UHGV virus genome: UHGV-0167633
DNA from: a virus
Length of the DNA stretch: 64,000 nucleotides
Reading direction: 5' to 3' (one strand)
Shown one piece after another: positions 1 through 11,617 of this stretch (its first letter is position 1; each line of letters opens with the position of its first letter). Below the pieces are notes generated by a model. That model was not told the origin of the DNA and did no database searches. It worked only from the letters and a program-made list of their open reading frames with translations. The translations under genes were made by a program, and so were the position numbers.

Positions 1-2776
1 CGGAACCATCAAAAGCCACGCCACTTATTTTTCTGGCTGTTTTTAACTTTGTTGCCGTTGAGGCATTGCCGGACAGTTCACCAGAAAGGCCACCGCTGAA
101 TGTCTGTTTTGCCGCCCATGTCTGAGCTTCGTCGATAATTGGCACACGTCTTGCTGTGATCGTGCGGCTTCCCGGATTTCCTGAAATGCGCACCATAAAA
201 AAGCGGTAGTTGGCTTTACTTACAGTGCTGCGCCATACATGCATTGAGCGCCCCGTACCGGAATCATCACTCGGACCAACTGCGATGTTTATCAGGTTGC
301 CATCAATGACGCCCCAGTCCATACCGTCGGGAATGTTGGTCATATTATCCAGCCTAACGGTTATCAGACTGCCCGGCACAAAATCGTAGGTCTGCCAGTC
401 CAGACTGGATAGTTTTGCCACTGCGCCACCGATGCCCAGATTCAGAGGCAACGAAAAGGAGTTATATACTTCTCGCCATTCGGTCCATTTGCTCCCGGCA
501 TAGACGCGCTCAAAAGTGCGCCCCTGTGTGGTTTCTGATTTCCCTGTGGTTGTGTAACGCTGCCAGACAGATACACCATCAAAACGCCTGATTACTTCCA
601 GTATTCCAAGCAGTGTCGCTCCAGCGGTATCCTGCATTGGACCGTTTGACGCCTTCCCTGTAACGCTGTAAATGCCTGGCGAAGTCAGATCATTCAAATC
701 ACCTTCGTAATAACGACATTCTGACTGATGGCCTACTCTTGACCACGGCTCCCACTGTGGGTTCTGTGCATTCCATGTAGCAGAAAGGCAGCGAACATAT
801 ACGTTCCCACGGCGGGTCGTATAGCGTTGCGTGCGTGAGTACCCACCACCCTCAAGAACTTCAAGGAATCCCTGACCATAACTTCCTTCTTCCGGATAGT
901 TGCGGTCAAATGAAGCGATAGAGCCACTACTGTTTCGCCATAAACCAAGATGCTCTGCGCCTCCTAGCGTGTTCAGGTCAATAGTTGTGCTCAGGGGGCG
1001 TGTTGCAGACTGAATCTGACGCCAGTAGCTCCACGGACCGTCTGAGCCATTCCAGGTGCCAGAAAGATTACGCATATAAACATTGCCAGTTCTGGTGGTA
1101 TAACGCTGCATTCCGGAAAAATTACCGCCATTGAATACCTCAAGAACACCTACTGCACCGTCTTCAGGGAAATTTTTCTCAAGTGTTGCGTTGGTGGAAG
1201 TGGATTTATACCAGACACCCACATAAGCCTTAACAGGACCAAACGTATTCAGATCAGCATCAACCGGCATTTCTCCGTTGTTTTTCATAAACGTCAGGCT
1301 GGTGACGTCAAGGTTCGCAGGAGTCAGTGTTATGTCCGCAGAACCATCAAACTTAACACCGTTGATTGTACGCGCTGTTTGCAATTTTGTAGCGGTTGCA
1401 GCATTGCCGCTTGTGTTCTGGTTACCAGCAATGTTCACGCCCGGCAGGTTGATATCTGCCGAACCATCAAATGTCACCCCGCCGATCTTGCGGGCCGTCT
1501 TGAGCTTTGTAGCGGTATCGGCGTTCCCCGTCAGCGTACCAGTAATCCCCGCGTTGAAAGTCTGGCGTGCACTCCATGTGTTAGCCGTGCTCAACAGGGG
1601 GATCTTTTCACCGCTGGTACCGAGTTCTCTTAAACCAAGGTATTGGATAACAGCAAGGACGCTTGTTTTGGACAGAATATCGCGACCGACTGACGTTAAG
1701 TCAGTCTGAGAAACAGTGTCTGTACCGGTAAAGTACGGCAGTTTATTTGCGCCTGTAGCAAGACCAGCAAGCGCGGTTAAAGTTGCATCCAGAGGCTGTT
1801 TGCCTGCCAGCGCATTTGTCATTGTTGTCGCAAAGTTCGGGTCATTACCAAGTGCTGCGGCAAGCTCATTCAGGGTATCAAGAGCTTCTGGTGATGAACC
1901 AACCAATGCGGATATGGCAGCTCTTACATAAGCAGTCGTAGCAATCTGCGTATTATTTGTGCCCTGCGCTGCCGTCGGCGCGGTTGGCGTTCCTGTCAGA
2001 CTCGGGCTTTCTATTGGCGCTTTGGTATCAGCAAGATCTTTTACAGACTTAATGGCTTTAGGGGTAGCCGCCATTGTTTCGCTGTCGCTGTTAGTTTCGC
2101 TACTGAGCTGAACTAATCCCTTTTGCGTTGTGCTTGCATCCTGCGCCGTATACTTGCTTTTCGCCAGATCGTAGGCTTTTTTAACTGCCAGCGAACTTGC
2201 AGCAACATCACTTCTGCTACTGGTTACAGAGTCTGAAATATCAATGCCGATCGTGCGGTTAATACGCTCGGATGTATCAATCATCTCCTGGGTAATGGCT
2301 GATACGCCAGCAGGGATATTCACCGTACAAACAAGCAGCTCTCCATCTCCTAACTGATATGAATCGGTATAGGTTCTGGCAACAAATTCAGCCGCATGAA
2401 TATGTGACGCGGTATTAACCTGATAGGTATCCTCTCCAAGGAGGTATCTTCCCTTCAGCACAATTGCATATTTCTTGCCTGCACTAAGTGCAAGAGAAAT
2501 ATCCTTACGGTGCTGAATAGTTACCTGGTAGAATTCACCAATATCCACTGACGCAGCGCCAGCAGTTTTATCACCATCCACTGAGGTGATTAACAGGTTC
2601 ATACCACCGCCAGGCTTCGGCAGGAAACCGGCATAAAACCCAGGATCAACAATTCCCCTGAATTTTCGGTTTAGCGCGGCTGACAGATATGGTTCGTGGT
2701 ATTGCACATCAGCCACCAGAGCCAGTGACTCGGGCGATGGGTAAGTAACTGATGTAACAACTGTAACGTCATTCAT
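1..2776 (-). CDS. side tail fiber protein, N-terminal part (3' end lies beyond window start)
   Basis: Open frame on minus strand from ATG at 2774-2776 (RBS AAGGA upstream) running off the window; translation MNDVTVVTSVTYPS...; repeated ATKLxTARxIxGVxFDGSxDI motifs and three ~70-aa internal repeats typical of P1/Mu-type fibers. Not in ORF track because it is truncated. Confidence 0.8.
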   Translation of the reverse strand, partial: MNDVTVVTSVTYPSPESLALVADVQYHEPYLSAALNRKFRGIVDPGFYAGFLPKPGGGMNLLITSVDGDKTAGAASVDIGEFYQVTIQHRKDISLALSAGKKYAIVLKGRYLLGEDTYQVNTASHIHAAEFVARTYTDSYQLGDGELLVCTVNIPAGVSAITQEMIDTSERINRTIGIDISDSVTSSRSDVAASSLAVKKAYDLAKSKYTAQDASTTQKGLVQLSSETNSDSETMAATPKAIKSVKDLADTKAPIESPSLTGTPTAPTAAQGTNNTQIATTAYVRAAISALVGSSPEALDTLNELAAALGNDPNFATTMTNALAGKQPLDATLTALAGLATGANKLPYFTGTDTVSQTDLTSVGRDILSKTSVLAVIQYLGLRELGTSGEKIPLLSTANTWSARQTFNAGITGTLTGNADTATKLKTARKIGGVTFDGSADINLPGVNIAGNQNTSGNAATATKLQTARTINGVKFDGSADITLTPANLDVTSLTFMKNNGEMPVDADLNTFGPVKAYVGVWYKSTSTNATLEKNFPEDGAVGVLEVFNGGNFSGMQRYTTRTGNVYMRNLSGTWNGSDGPWSYWRQIQSATRPLSTTIDLNTLGGAEHLGLWRNSSGSIASFDRNYPEEGSYGQGFLEVLEGGGYSRTQRYTTRRGNVYVRCLSATWNAQNPQWEPWSRVGHQSECRYYEGDLNDLTSPGIYSVTGKASNGPMQDTAGATLLGILEVIRRFDGVSVWQRYTTTGKSETTQGRTFERVYAGSKWTEWREVYNSFSLPLNLGIGGAVAKLSSLDWQTYDFVPGSLITVRLDNMTNIPDGMDWGVIDGNLINIAVGPSDDSGTGRSMHVWRSTVSKANYRFFMVRISGNPGSRTITARRVPIIDEAQTWAAKQTFSGGLSGELSGNASTATKLKTARKISGVAFDGS

Positions 2777-2787
2777 CAAGCATATCC

Positions 2788-3222
2788 TTATGCTATAGTC
2801 GTGTTGATGGCCATAACTGCGGTATATGTTTTTCCCACATACAGCGAGTCTTCCTGAACACAAATAATTGCGATGGGCTTATTCTCGTTATCCAGAACAA
2901 CCAGAGTGTTGAATGGGTAGTTTTTCCCTTCCTGCAACTGGCTTTGATCAAGGTCCATTCGGACAGTAATTATCCCGCCAGAGTAGGTTGGGACGAGGTT
3001 GATGGTGCAAAATTGACTGGTCAGTTCTGCCAACTCGAAAGTCTTTGGCAGTTCTCCAATGTCATAAGTACCATCTTCATTTTTGGTAACCAGCGAACTG
3101 GTGCCGAAAACGGCCTTGCTGATTAAAAATCGAGAGCCTTTGTTAATGGACGATTCAGCGCGTCGCTGATAGTAATAATCCAACAACTGACTCTTATAGA
3201 GATTTGTTGAGACGTCAGACAT
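2788..3222 (-). CDS. small virion protein immediately upstream of tail fiber (tail fiber/baseplate-associated)
   Basis: 144-aa ORF, 11 nt from fiber gene start, same operon orientation; no motif recognised. Confidence 0.45.
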   Translation of the reverse strand: MSDVSTNLYKSQLLDYYYQRRAESSINKGSRFLISKAVFGTSSLVTKNEDGTYDIGELPKTFELAELTSQFCTINLVPTYSGGIITVRMDLDQSQLQEGKNYPFNTLVVLDNENKPIAIICVQEDSLYVGKTYTAVMAINTTIA

Positions 3223-3300
3223 GATTTTCCCTAATCAATGTTGTGAAGCCTCATTGTAAGAGAAGTAACTTGTCACCCCGCCCTGCGGACGGGGTAATTG

Positions 3301-4140
3301 TCAGGCATCGCTATCCAGCAGCAAATCATCTGCGCGGGAGCGATCAAACGTAGGCGTTGCTTTCACAATAGTGCCGCCCGGCGTTGCAGTGATCGGGGCA
3401 CTAATCGACGTAACTCCGGCAAGCGAAGTTGTATCCGAAGTTTCAAACCAGCAGTACGCTTTTTCGGTATCAGAAATCTCGTTCAAAGTGATCATGTCGG
3501 CCTGTTCATTTACAACAACCGACAAATAGAGCGTAAGCCCATCAAACACTATATGCAGTGGCAGTAGAGGCTTTACGAACTGATTAAACTTTCTGAGAAT
3601 TTCTTCTGTAATTGCGGACTGATCTATCGTGCCAGTAATACCCATTGTCCGGGCCAGGTCGTTTATGGGAATACTGATCATCCCTCTGGAAGTCAGAAAC
3701 ATCTCGCCGAATGTGCCGCCGGTAGTCTCCAGTGTGCTTTCTGGTATTAGAACTGTGCCATAGGGATGACGCTCAAGGTCCACCGGTGCATATATCGGAT
3801 CCCATAAAACAGAAATACCGTTAAATTCGCGGTAAATTGTCTGGTTTATAGGACGTTCAGTTCCCTTAAAGTGGATCTCATCAAGCCGCTGTTGTAACAA
3901 CATCGGAACGGAAGATGAGTTCGAGGTTCTGATAGTAAAGAACTGGCCAAGTTCATTTGTCCTGGTCTCCAGATCCTCCTTGCTCATGGAGAAAATAGAC
4001 TTCCGGTTGGTAATTCGCTCCAACCATGGGTCAACAAAGGTGTCCATCATTGACTGAACCAAATCAGCCAATGATTTATAGAGCAATGACTTTTGCTTAG
4101 CTGATGTAAGCCGGTTATTAAACCAGGAACGCTGCATCAC
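3301..4140 (-). CDS. baseplate/tail structural protein
   Basis: 279-aa ORF overlapping upstream gene stop by 4 nt (translational coupling) in baseplate operon. Confidence 0.45.
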   Translation of the reverse strand: MMQRSWFNNRLTSAKQKSLLYKSLADLVQSMMDTFVDPWLERITNRKSIFSMSKEDLETRTNELGQFFTIRTSNSSSVPMLLQQRLDEIHFKGTERPINQTIYREFNGISVLWDPIYAPVDLERHPYGTVLIPESTLETTGGTFGEMFLTSRGMISIPINDLARTMGITGTIDQSAITEEILRKFNQFVKPLLPLHIVFDGLTLYLSVVVNEQADMITLNEISDTEKAYCWFETSDTTSLAGVTSISAPITATPGGTIVKATPTFDRSRADDLLLDSDA

Positions 4141-5570
4141 TCCTCCTCATACGAAATATTAAAGGTGGAGCTTTCTGTATCCAGATAAACGAAATCGTAA
4201 AAGCCGTTGGACTCATTCCACTCGACAAATTCAAGATAAAAGTCGCGGAAATAACCCAGCGTTTCGATAAACGCCCAAACGTCTTTTTTCTTAATCAGGA
4301 TGTACTTTCCGACGCGGTCCGGATCAAAGAAAGTTGAGTCGCGCCCAAATTTTGTTTCCAGTGCCGACTTCAGCTCATCGGTCACATTCTCAATGGTCAG
4401 GCTTGCCGATATCCGTCCGGTGATGGTTATCTTAAATGGTAGTTTTCTGACCTCTTTATAAGAGAATTTCTTGTTCAGTTCATTCGGTACCTTCTTAAAG
4501 GCAGTCAGGATCATTTCTTCAAGCTCTGACTGGCTTTTATTTGGATGCCATCCTGAAATAAATATCTTATTGATATTCTGAACATTATAAGCACCATCTA
4601 ATTTCTCTTGCTGGCCTTCGCCCCATGCCTTTACCCAGGACAGCCCCGGGATGTTACGAACCAGAAAATACGTATAGTCCCCGCCCCATACGACCTGATC
4701 ATCATAGGCAAGGTAATATTGTGCACGGTTACGTGTGATCTCCGTTGTTTCGGCATCGGTACCTGCGGTTATAGGTGTCGTTGTCTTAACTGAAATCAAA
4801 TTAGCTAAATTAGCCGCAGAATCGACAGGCGTCAGGTTTTGGCCAGCAACCAGGGTTATATCGCCGTTGGTGCACCATACCTTAAGCGTAATTGTCGAGC
4901 CTTCTGGCGGTATTTGCCCAATTAGCCCATCGCCGAATCGAACCCCCAACTGCTCGGATGGTTTATAAAACTCAACGTAGACCTGGCTTTTACTACCGGC
5001 TAACCGGAACATAGTGCTGGAAGACCACTGCGTGGTCTTACCATCGGTCGTCACGAATACTTCCAGCTTATAGCAGACAGCAGTAAGAGCCTTTGATAAC
5101 ACGACTTCCAGAAATTCTTTGGCTGCCGTAACGGTATATGTCACCTCCTGGATTTCCAACTGTGCCACTTCTACCGTACCGGTGCCGTCAACCAACCTGC
5201 ATATATCCATAGTCATGTAAGGGTACTGGTCGTCAGATATTAAAGGCATGTTTTTGGGGATTACCGCTGGGGCATCTTCACTTGTGGCGGTGATCTCAAT
5301 CATCCCCGATGACGGTGTTGGCTTGGTACCAACGTAACTATTCGTTTCTGCCGCTGCCAGGATAGAGGAACGCCGCGTCGCGGTCGATATAAAGCCTTCA
5401 GCCAGCGCCGCATCGGCATACTGAAAGCACCTGTAGACAATCTGGGTAATAAACAATGTCAGCATCGAGACAAATTGAGAGCCGACAAACTTCGACCAGA
5501 ATGAATCTTTCTCGACAAGCTCTTCAAACTCTGCACGAATACTGTCTTTAGTCGGTGTTGTTTTACTCAT
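4137..5570 (-). CDS. baseplate J-like wedge protein
   Basis: 477-aa ORF, size and context of baseplate J family; coupled to neighbours by 4-nt overlaps. Confidence 0.55.
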   Translation of the reverse strand: MSKTTPTKDSIRAEFEELVEKDSFWSKFVGSQFVSMLTLFITQIVYRCFQYADAALAEGFISTATRRSSILAAAETNSYVGTKPTPSSGMIEITATSEDAPAVIPKNMPLISDDQYPYMTMDICRLVDGTGTVEVAQLEIQEVTYTVTAAKEFLEVVLSKALTAVCYKLEVFVTTDGKTTQWSSSTMFRLAGSKSQVYVEFYKPSEQLGVRFGDGLIGQIPPEGSTITLKVWCTNGDITLVAGQNLTPVDSAANLANLISVKTTTPITAGTDAETTEITRNRAQYYLAYDDQVVWGGDYTYFLVRNIPGLSWVKAWGEGQQEKLDGAYNVQNINKIFISGWHPNKSQSELEEMILTAFKKVPNELNKKFSYKEVRKLPFKITITGRISASLTIENVTDELKSALETKFGRDSTFFDPDRVGKYILIKKKDVWAFIETLGYFRDFYLEFVEWNESNGFYDFVYLDTESSTFNISYEEE

Positions 5571-5926
5571 AGCACCACGTCCTGTGTGATAGTTATACCC
5601 CTGATACGAATGGATATTTTCAACTTATCAAAAGCATCTCCCTCGGCTACAGACAAGCCAGAAATCGGTATGTCAGGTAAATCTACCGTCAGTTTTTGCA
5701 ACAGCATTGCCTCAACCGCAATTTGAACATGCGACAAGTTGGTCGGTTCGTGTTTAAACTGCGGTAAAACATTGCCCCATGACGGATCTCCGTATACCTC
5801 ACCCTGATAAGTGTTTAGCCACTCATATAAACGAGCGCCCCAGGCCTCCTCCTGGGACTCATACGTTTTTACGCCGGATAACTCCAGCGTCAGCAAAGGA
5901 TCAATTTCGTTATTGTTGGCCATCAA
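5567..5926 (-). CDS. small baseplate assembly protein
   Basis: 119-aa ORF between Sit and baseplate J-like gene, 4-nt overlaps both sides. Confidence 0.4.
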   Translation of the reverse strand: MMANNNEIDPLLTLELSGVKTYESQEEAWGARLYEWLNTYQGEVYGDPSWGNVLPQFKHEPTNLSHVQIAVEAMLLQKLTVDLPDIPISGLSVAEGDAFDKLKISIRIRGITITQDVVL

Positions 5927-8900
5927 TCAACTCTCGCGTAGTCATTCATCAACGGATCATCAATTGACAGTGGTACCGTGCGCATAACGCCCGGCTGAGG
6001 CGTGCTGACCTTTACGACAGTTCCCTGGCCTTTCGCCGAGTCTTTGGTGTGCTCTTCAATCCTGGCGAGCAATGAGGTCATCTGCGCAAACAGCCGCTTC
6101 GTTTCACCATCAAGTGAAACGGTATTATCAGCCAACTGCATTGTCGGCTTAGCACCGGAACCGCCAAGGTCACTAATAACCTGCCCGTCTATCTGCATAC
6201 GACCGGTTGGTTGCTGCAAATCGTTGGCGACAGTCGTCATCTGGGACGTGGAAGCTGGTTGAGGAGAATTATTTGAGCGCATTCCCCGGGCATTAATGAG
6301 TTTGTCATACAGTCCATCAATCCCCATTTGTGCGCCGAGCTGGTCAAAGTAACTTGAGTTGTTGGCCACCGGACGTGCCTCTTCAACTGGCATAGGTGTA
6401 TCAACATACACATTGCCAGCAGCCGTTGCGGTCCCCTTCCCTCGTGCACGTTCTTCGAGCGTTCCCTGAACGACTTCCCGACGCATACCCCGGCCATTCA
6501 TGAATTTGTTGACCAGATCGTTAACACCAACAGCATTGCCAATTTTGTCTACCAGACCGCCTTTCTCAAACGGGCTATCACCAGGGGTAAACGCCAGGCC
6601 AGTAGACTGATCGATAACAGCGTTATCAGGTATCTTTTCGTGAATTGCTGGTGCGCTATGATCTACCTTAGAGCCATAAACGGCACCATTATTGAGCATC
6701 TGCTGATACCCTCTGACACGAGTAACATATTCGCCGGTACCGGCGACTACTCTCCCCTTATCAACATGCCCCATACCAGCATGATAGGCAGCTATTGCAC
6801 GACCCTGATCACCGTTATAACGGTTCATCAGCATACTTAGGTATCTGGCGGCACCATCAGCTGCTTTTCGTGTATCCATGGCATCAGCATCGCTGAGTCC
6901 AAGATCCTCCCTTGTACCTTTAGTGATCTGAAAAGCCCCAAGGGCAGATGAAAGTTTGTTCCCGTTTTTGTCTACTGGATTTCCAGTTCTCTGGCCTGCA
7001 CTAGACTCTGCGGATGCAACTGCTGACAGAATCCCTTTTTCAAGCCCATACTTACGTTCCAGCTCATCAAAATAATCGGCATTGTCAGAAATCCATTGGT
7101 ATCCGGCAGCATTTAATTTTGGCAAAGAAACATCCTTGCCATTGTTAAATCGACGTTTATCTATCTCATATGCACTTAATGCTTCCTCCTTACCTGTAGC
7201 AGACTGGCCCAAGGCAGCATCAATTGTTTGTGCTGCTTTATTTCCTGTTTCTACGGCATTTGCATTGATAATCTGATTAGCAGTTTCTTTAACTGTTTTA
7301 TTGCTATCTTTCGCCATATCCAGGGCCGCATTTATCACGCGGGCAGCAATATTAGTCTGTTTGGCATCGGATTCAGCTTTAGAATCAGATGTCCCCTGCT
7401 GGCTATTAACCGGAGCTTTTAACTCTGGAGTGATTTCTTTCGCATTAGCCTCGCCGATCGGATTGGGTATTTTTGATACAATCATTGCCGCAGGGGTATT
7501 TTTAACGGCATCAACCGCTGCATCTAATGCTTTACCTGGTAAATTTTTAACCCCATCCCAAATATTACTAGCTGCCTCTTTAATGTGTTTCCCTGGGTTC
7601 TTAATGAAATCAATTGCACTATCAATTGCATCACTGAAAACCTGTTTCAGGTTATCGACAGTAAAGAAGTCTTTGATGGCATCCAGCTTTTCAAGCAGCT
7701 TATTAGATGTATCGCTAAACCATGCTGAAACAGCATCACCAATCTTTGCTGTGTAATCATCGAACTTGGTAGAAATGGTGTCGCCAAGGTTAGAAATATA
7801 TGTTTCTAAGTTGGTAATCCCACTATCAATGGCCTGGGCAATACTTTCCGTCGAAAATGATTGCAACATATTGCCGATATCCTCAAATCCAAGTGATTTG
7901 AGAACATCACCAATAGCACTGCTAATACCAGATACCAGTCCCCCCAAATCAAGAACATTGGCTAACGTATAAGCGGCTTTTTGCTGGAATGATGGATCTT
8001 GTCCTGATTTAAGCCCAAACGCTCGACGTTGCGCTTCTGTATCATTCCAACCGGTTACCGCATCATAAATACCTCCAGCCACTGTGCCGACTAGGGGAAT
8101 TGCGCGTAACGCCCCTTTACCAACTGCCTTTAATCCAAGTTTACCTGCTGCCCGGGCAGCCAAATCTCCGTCTTCATGGGCGAGAGTCTTCTTGCCACCA
8201 CCGCGTAGCATTCCTACAAGTTTCTTTGCCCCCAGAGCGCCAAAAGCGAGTGCTCCAGCTTTTTTCAGCATGCCACGCCCCATTAACAACGACGCGACGC
8301 CACCGGCCCCCTTCCCTAACAGGCTAAATAATTTGGACAGCAAGCCGCCCTTCTTTTTCCCGGTGTTTTTGGCTATCTGATCAAGGGCGCTGAGAATCTT
8401 GTCATTGCCCTCTTTAATTTCGCTGGTCTGATCCTGAAGTTCCTGAACCGTCCGTTTTTGGGTGTTAACCTGAACGACATCGGCACTATTTTGCGATTTA
8501 CGCCTAAAAAAACCTTTTCTACGGCTGTTATCGTCATTGCCACGAATCACATCGGCAATAGACTTTCTGGCACCATTAAGCGATCCACCAACTTCTTTTG
8601 ATATCCCGCCAAGCTCCTTCCCTGCGGCCCACAATGGACCAGCAACGGCATAACCTAACGCATCGACGGCGCGAGTCTCTGAAGGGTTACCTATGCCTTC
8701 AGCTACTTTTGACAGTTTTTTTAATAAACCTGATTCAGCATTTAGACGCTCATCATCCTCTTTGCGCCTGGCCTTTTCAGCACGTTCAGCACGGGCATCT
8801 TCCGCTGCGGCCTTACTCCCTGGCTTTCCAATAAAACGACCACGCGCATCGCGTTGGTTTTGGCTTTTTTGCGCACCGCCTTTTTGACCGAACATTTCGC

Positions 8901-9297
8901 GAGCGTGTTCGGCTGCTTCGGTCCGTTGCGCCTTTACATCTTCTGTTATAGCCTTCTTGCGTCGTTTTTTACCCTTTCGCGTAGTTGATTTGGCCTGCGG
9001 TTCCTGTAGAGCAACATCCTCCTGAACTACACGAGAAACGTCCCCTAAATTAAGCCGTTTCATTGCCTCAACAATAGGGGCCACTGATGGCGCATTGGCC
9101 ACAAAGTCTGGCCTGGAATTTTCGATTGTGCGATTTAATGCCGACACACTGTGAGAGACAGGATCAACAGTTGCAACGCGTCCCCCTTTCAAATCTTCAA
9201 CAGCTTCCCGGATACCTGCAAGCTCTTCCAGCTCTTTTGCGCTGGCGGTTTCAACTGTCCTTATAACATCGTCAATGTTGGCGTTTTTTCTTTCCAT
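5923..9297 (-). CDS. sit: Sit-like structural injection transglycosylase / tape-measure-type protein
   Basis: 1124-aa ORF; central soluble lytic transglycosylase motif (ES..GQ...LGAFQ...AYHAG); Lys/Ala/Gly-rich low-complexity stretches; position matches P1 sit. Confidence 0.8.
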   Translation of the reverse strand: MERKNANIDDVIRTVETASAKELEELAGIREAVEDLKGGRVATVDPVSHSVSALNRTIENSRPDFVANAPSVAPIVEAMKRLNLGDVSRVVQEDVALQEPQAKSTTRKGKKRRKKAITEDVKAQRTEAAEHAREMFGQKGGAQKSQNQRDARGRFIGKPGSKAAAEDARAERAEKARRKEDDERLNAESGLLKKLSKVAEGIGNPSETRAVDALGYAVAGPLWAAGKELGGISKEVGGSLNGARKSIADVIRGNDDNSRRKGFFRRKSQNSADVVQVNTQKRTVQELQDQTSEIKEGNDKILSALDQIAKNTGKKKGGLLSKLFSLLGKGAGGVASLLMGRGMLKKAGALAFGALGAKKLVGMLRGGGKKTLAHEDGDLAARAAGKLGLKAVGKGALRAIPLVGTVAGGIYDAVTGWNDTEAQRRAFGLKSGQDPSFQQKAAYTLANVLDLGGLVSGISSAIGDVLKSLGFEDIGNMLQSFSTESIAQAIDSGITNLETYISNLGDTISTKFDDYTAKIGDAVSAWFSDTSNKLLEKLDAIKDFFTVDNLKQVFSDAIDSAIDFIKNPGKHIKEAASNIWDGVKNLPGKALDAAVDAVKNTPAAMIVSKIPNPIGEANAKEITPELKAPVNSQQGTSDSKAESDAKQTNIAARVINAALDMAKDSNKTVKETANQIINANAVETGNKAAQTIDAALGQSATGKEEALSAYEIDKRRFNNGKDVSLPKLNAAGYQWISDNADYFDELERKYGLEKGILSAVASAESSAGQRTGNPVDKNGNKLSSALGAFQITKGTREDLGLSDADAMDTRKAADGAARYLSMLMNRYNGDQGRAIAAYHAGMGHVDKGRVVAGTGEYVTRVRGYQQMLNNGAVYGSKVDHSAPAIHEKIPDNAVIDQSTGLAFTPGDSPFEKGGLVDKIGNAVGVNDLVNKFMNGRGMRREVVQGTLEERARGKGTATAAGNVYVDTPMPVEEARPVANNSSYFDQLGAQMGIDGLYDKLINARGMRSNNSPQPASTSQMTTVANDLQQPTGRMQIDGQVISDLGGSGAKPTMQLADNTVSLDGETKRLFAQMTSLLARIEEHTKDSAKGQGTVVKVSTPQPGVMRTVPLSIDDPLMNDYARVD

Positions 9298-9378
9298 GAT
9301 CTTATCGCCTACCGTTTCGGTTTAAGTTTTTCTTCCAGTTTCTCCAACAGGAAAAACGCATAGGATTCAGTAAGCCTT

Positions 9379-10260
9379 TCAGCGTCCTGAATCGGTATAC
9401 CCCCATACAAAACCAGGTTGGATACTAAGGTCTGATAGCTTTTCAATCCCCACCTGTGGAATGAAGTCGGTAGCCCGAAAGGGCACCCACAGACGGGTAA
9501 ACGCACCCTCTGTGGACTCCTTTTTATCCTGGTTTGGGCATTTGTGCGGCGGGAGACGAAGACGCATTTCACCTTTATCGATGTAGCACGGTAAACCATG
9601 TTCGAGCTTTTCATGAGCCAGTCGGATGTGTGCCGCCAGCTTCATAAATTCAGTATCAATGGCCATCCGTTTAATCGTTTCATAACGACGCTCAGCCTGA
9701 TCTTCACGAGTACCACTAACATCGTTATAAAGCTCACACTGATAAGCGAATTCCCAAAAACGCAAATCAACGATCGCTTCTTTGAATTCCGCGTCGTCTT
9801 CAGGTGGCAATGCTGCACGGCGCATCTCCAGCATTTCCATTGCCCAACCATCAAGCGGCACGATACGCCATTGATAAGGCACTCCCTCTACAGACACCTC
9901 AATATCGTCAATGAACGGTTCCACTTCCAGGACCTGGATATCTTCAGCCAGAGCATTCATATCGCAATCGTAATAATGCTCTTTACCGCAATGTTTACAG
10001 GTGTAGGTGAATGTCTCGACCGGTGTTTCACGGGAGCCGGTAAATATCCACCATAACGCGGTAATCCGGTCCTGCGCCGTCCATGTCAGGGGATCATGTT
10101 TCGCGGGTTCAGCCAGCAAGGCTTTTAAATACGCCGTTGTCTGTTGTTCTTGTTCCTCCGGTGTTATCGAGTTGAAACGCATCGCATCAGCAATATTTGG
10201 CTGACGGAACTGGATCAATTCAGTTGGCCGCGATGGTAGCGGGAAAAGAGGTAAAAGCAT
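9379..10260 (-). CDS. virion morphogenesis protein (hypothetical)
   Basis: 293-aa ORF in late operon upstream of sit. Confidence 0.4.
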   Translation of the reverse strand: MLLPLFPLPSRPTELIQFRQPNIADAMRFNSITPEEQEQQTTAYLKALLAEPAKHDPLTWTAQDRITALWWIFTGSRETPVETFTYTCKHCGKEHYYDCDMNALAEDIQVLEVEPFIDDIEVSVEGVPYQWRIVPLDGWAMEMLEMRRAALPPEDDAEFKEAIVDLRFWEFAYQCELYNDVSGTREDQAERRYETIKRMAIDTEFMKLAAHIRLAHEKLEHGLPCYIDKGEMRLRLPPHKCPNQDKKESTEGAFTRLWVPFRATDFIPQVGIEKLSDLSIQPGFVWGYTDSGR

Positions 10261-10274
10261 CCTTGCTCCTTAAT

Positions 10275-10886
10275 TCAAAGAGAAAAGCTAAAGCCCAGAA
10301 GGGAAGCCAAAGAACTTGAGGATTGGTTAAACGTGCTGTGCAATGCGAAGGTCATTGGGAATGACTTAAATTCAGTAACCTGATCTCGCGCATAGGTGAC
10401 ATCGCCGGTAGTGACCGGGAATACCGTCATCTCATTTTCCAGTTTGGTTAAACCGGAGGACAGCAACCGATAAATACGCACATTGAGCAAATATTTAGAC
10501 GGTATATTCCCGGTACCGTCCGGATTGATCACCCGACTTTTTGCCGTCTTAAACCAGTCCAAAACGAGGCCATCAACGGTATCCCTGACCATCATCGTTA
10601 TCTGCCCAGGCGAACGCTCCGTTGGCTGAAGGATATTCCCTCCGCCGATTTTAATCGTTTCATATTCAATGCTGTAATCGTGGTAGGTAATATCTTTGGC
10701 AAAGAAATCTGCCCCCTCCAGTCCATCAACTTCGACAGAGAACTGCCATCCTTGCGCGAACAGCATTTTGTTCATGATGATTGACGTCAGCTTACCAACT
10801 TCCCGCTCACCAACGCCGGAGCCAAATAATGTCGTCGTTAATGCCGAAGATACATAAGACTTTACTGAAGCAACATTAAGCCCCAT
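10275..10886 (-). CDS. tail tube-like protein (hypothetical)
   Basis: 203-aa ORF, size and position consistent with P1 tub; no direct motif evidence. Confidence 0.4.
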   Translation of the reverse strand: MGLNVASVKSYVSSALTTTLFGSGVGEREVGKLTSIIMNKMLFAQGWQFSVEVDGLEGADFFAKDITYHDYSIEYETIKIGGGNILQPTERSPGQITMMVRDTVDGLVLDWFKTAKSRVINPDGTGNIPSKYLLNVRIYRLLSSGLTKLENEMTVFPVTTGDVTYARDQVTEFKSFPMTFALHSTFNQSSSSLASLLGFSFSL

Positions 10887-10896
10887 ATCAGCCCCC

Positions 10897-11504
<608 letters not shown>

Positions 11505-11617
11505 TTGTCATTTGTTACCGGTCAGTCTACACATTTCAGATACTACGTTAAAACAACTCAAGTGCTTCAAGTAGCACATCGTCATCAACACCCAACCCGA
11601 AGATGCGGAGATAAAAT

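Noticed and set aside
6002-8887. Multiple plus-strand ORFs of 60-150 aa inside the sit gene (and similar antisense ORFs inside the capsid-like gene, tail fiber gene and parA)
   Set aside because: They are antisense to long, well-supported genes and show Ala/Pro/Ser/Arg-rich mirror-frame composition typical of spurious ORFs.
9309-9614. 101-aa minus-strand ORF between sit and the upstream virion gene
   Set aside because: It overlaps the 3' end of the 293-aa gene in another frame and has no RBS; likely spurious.
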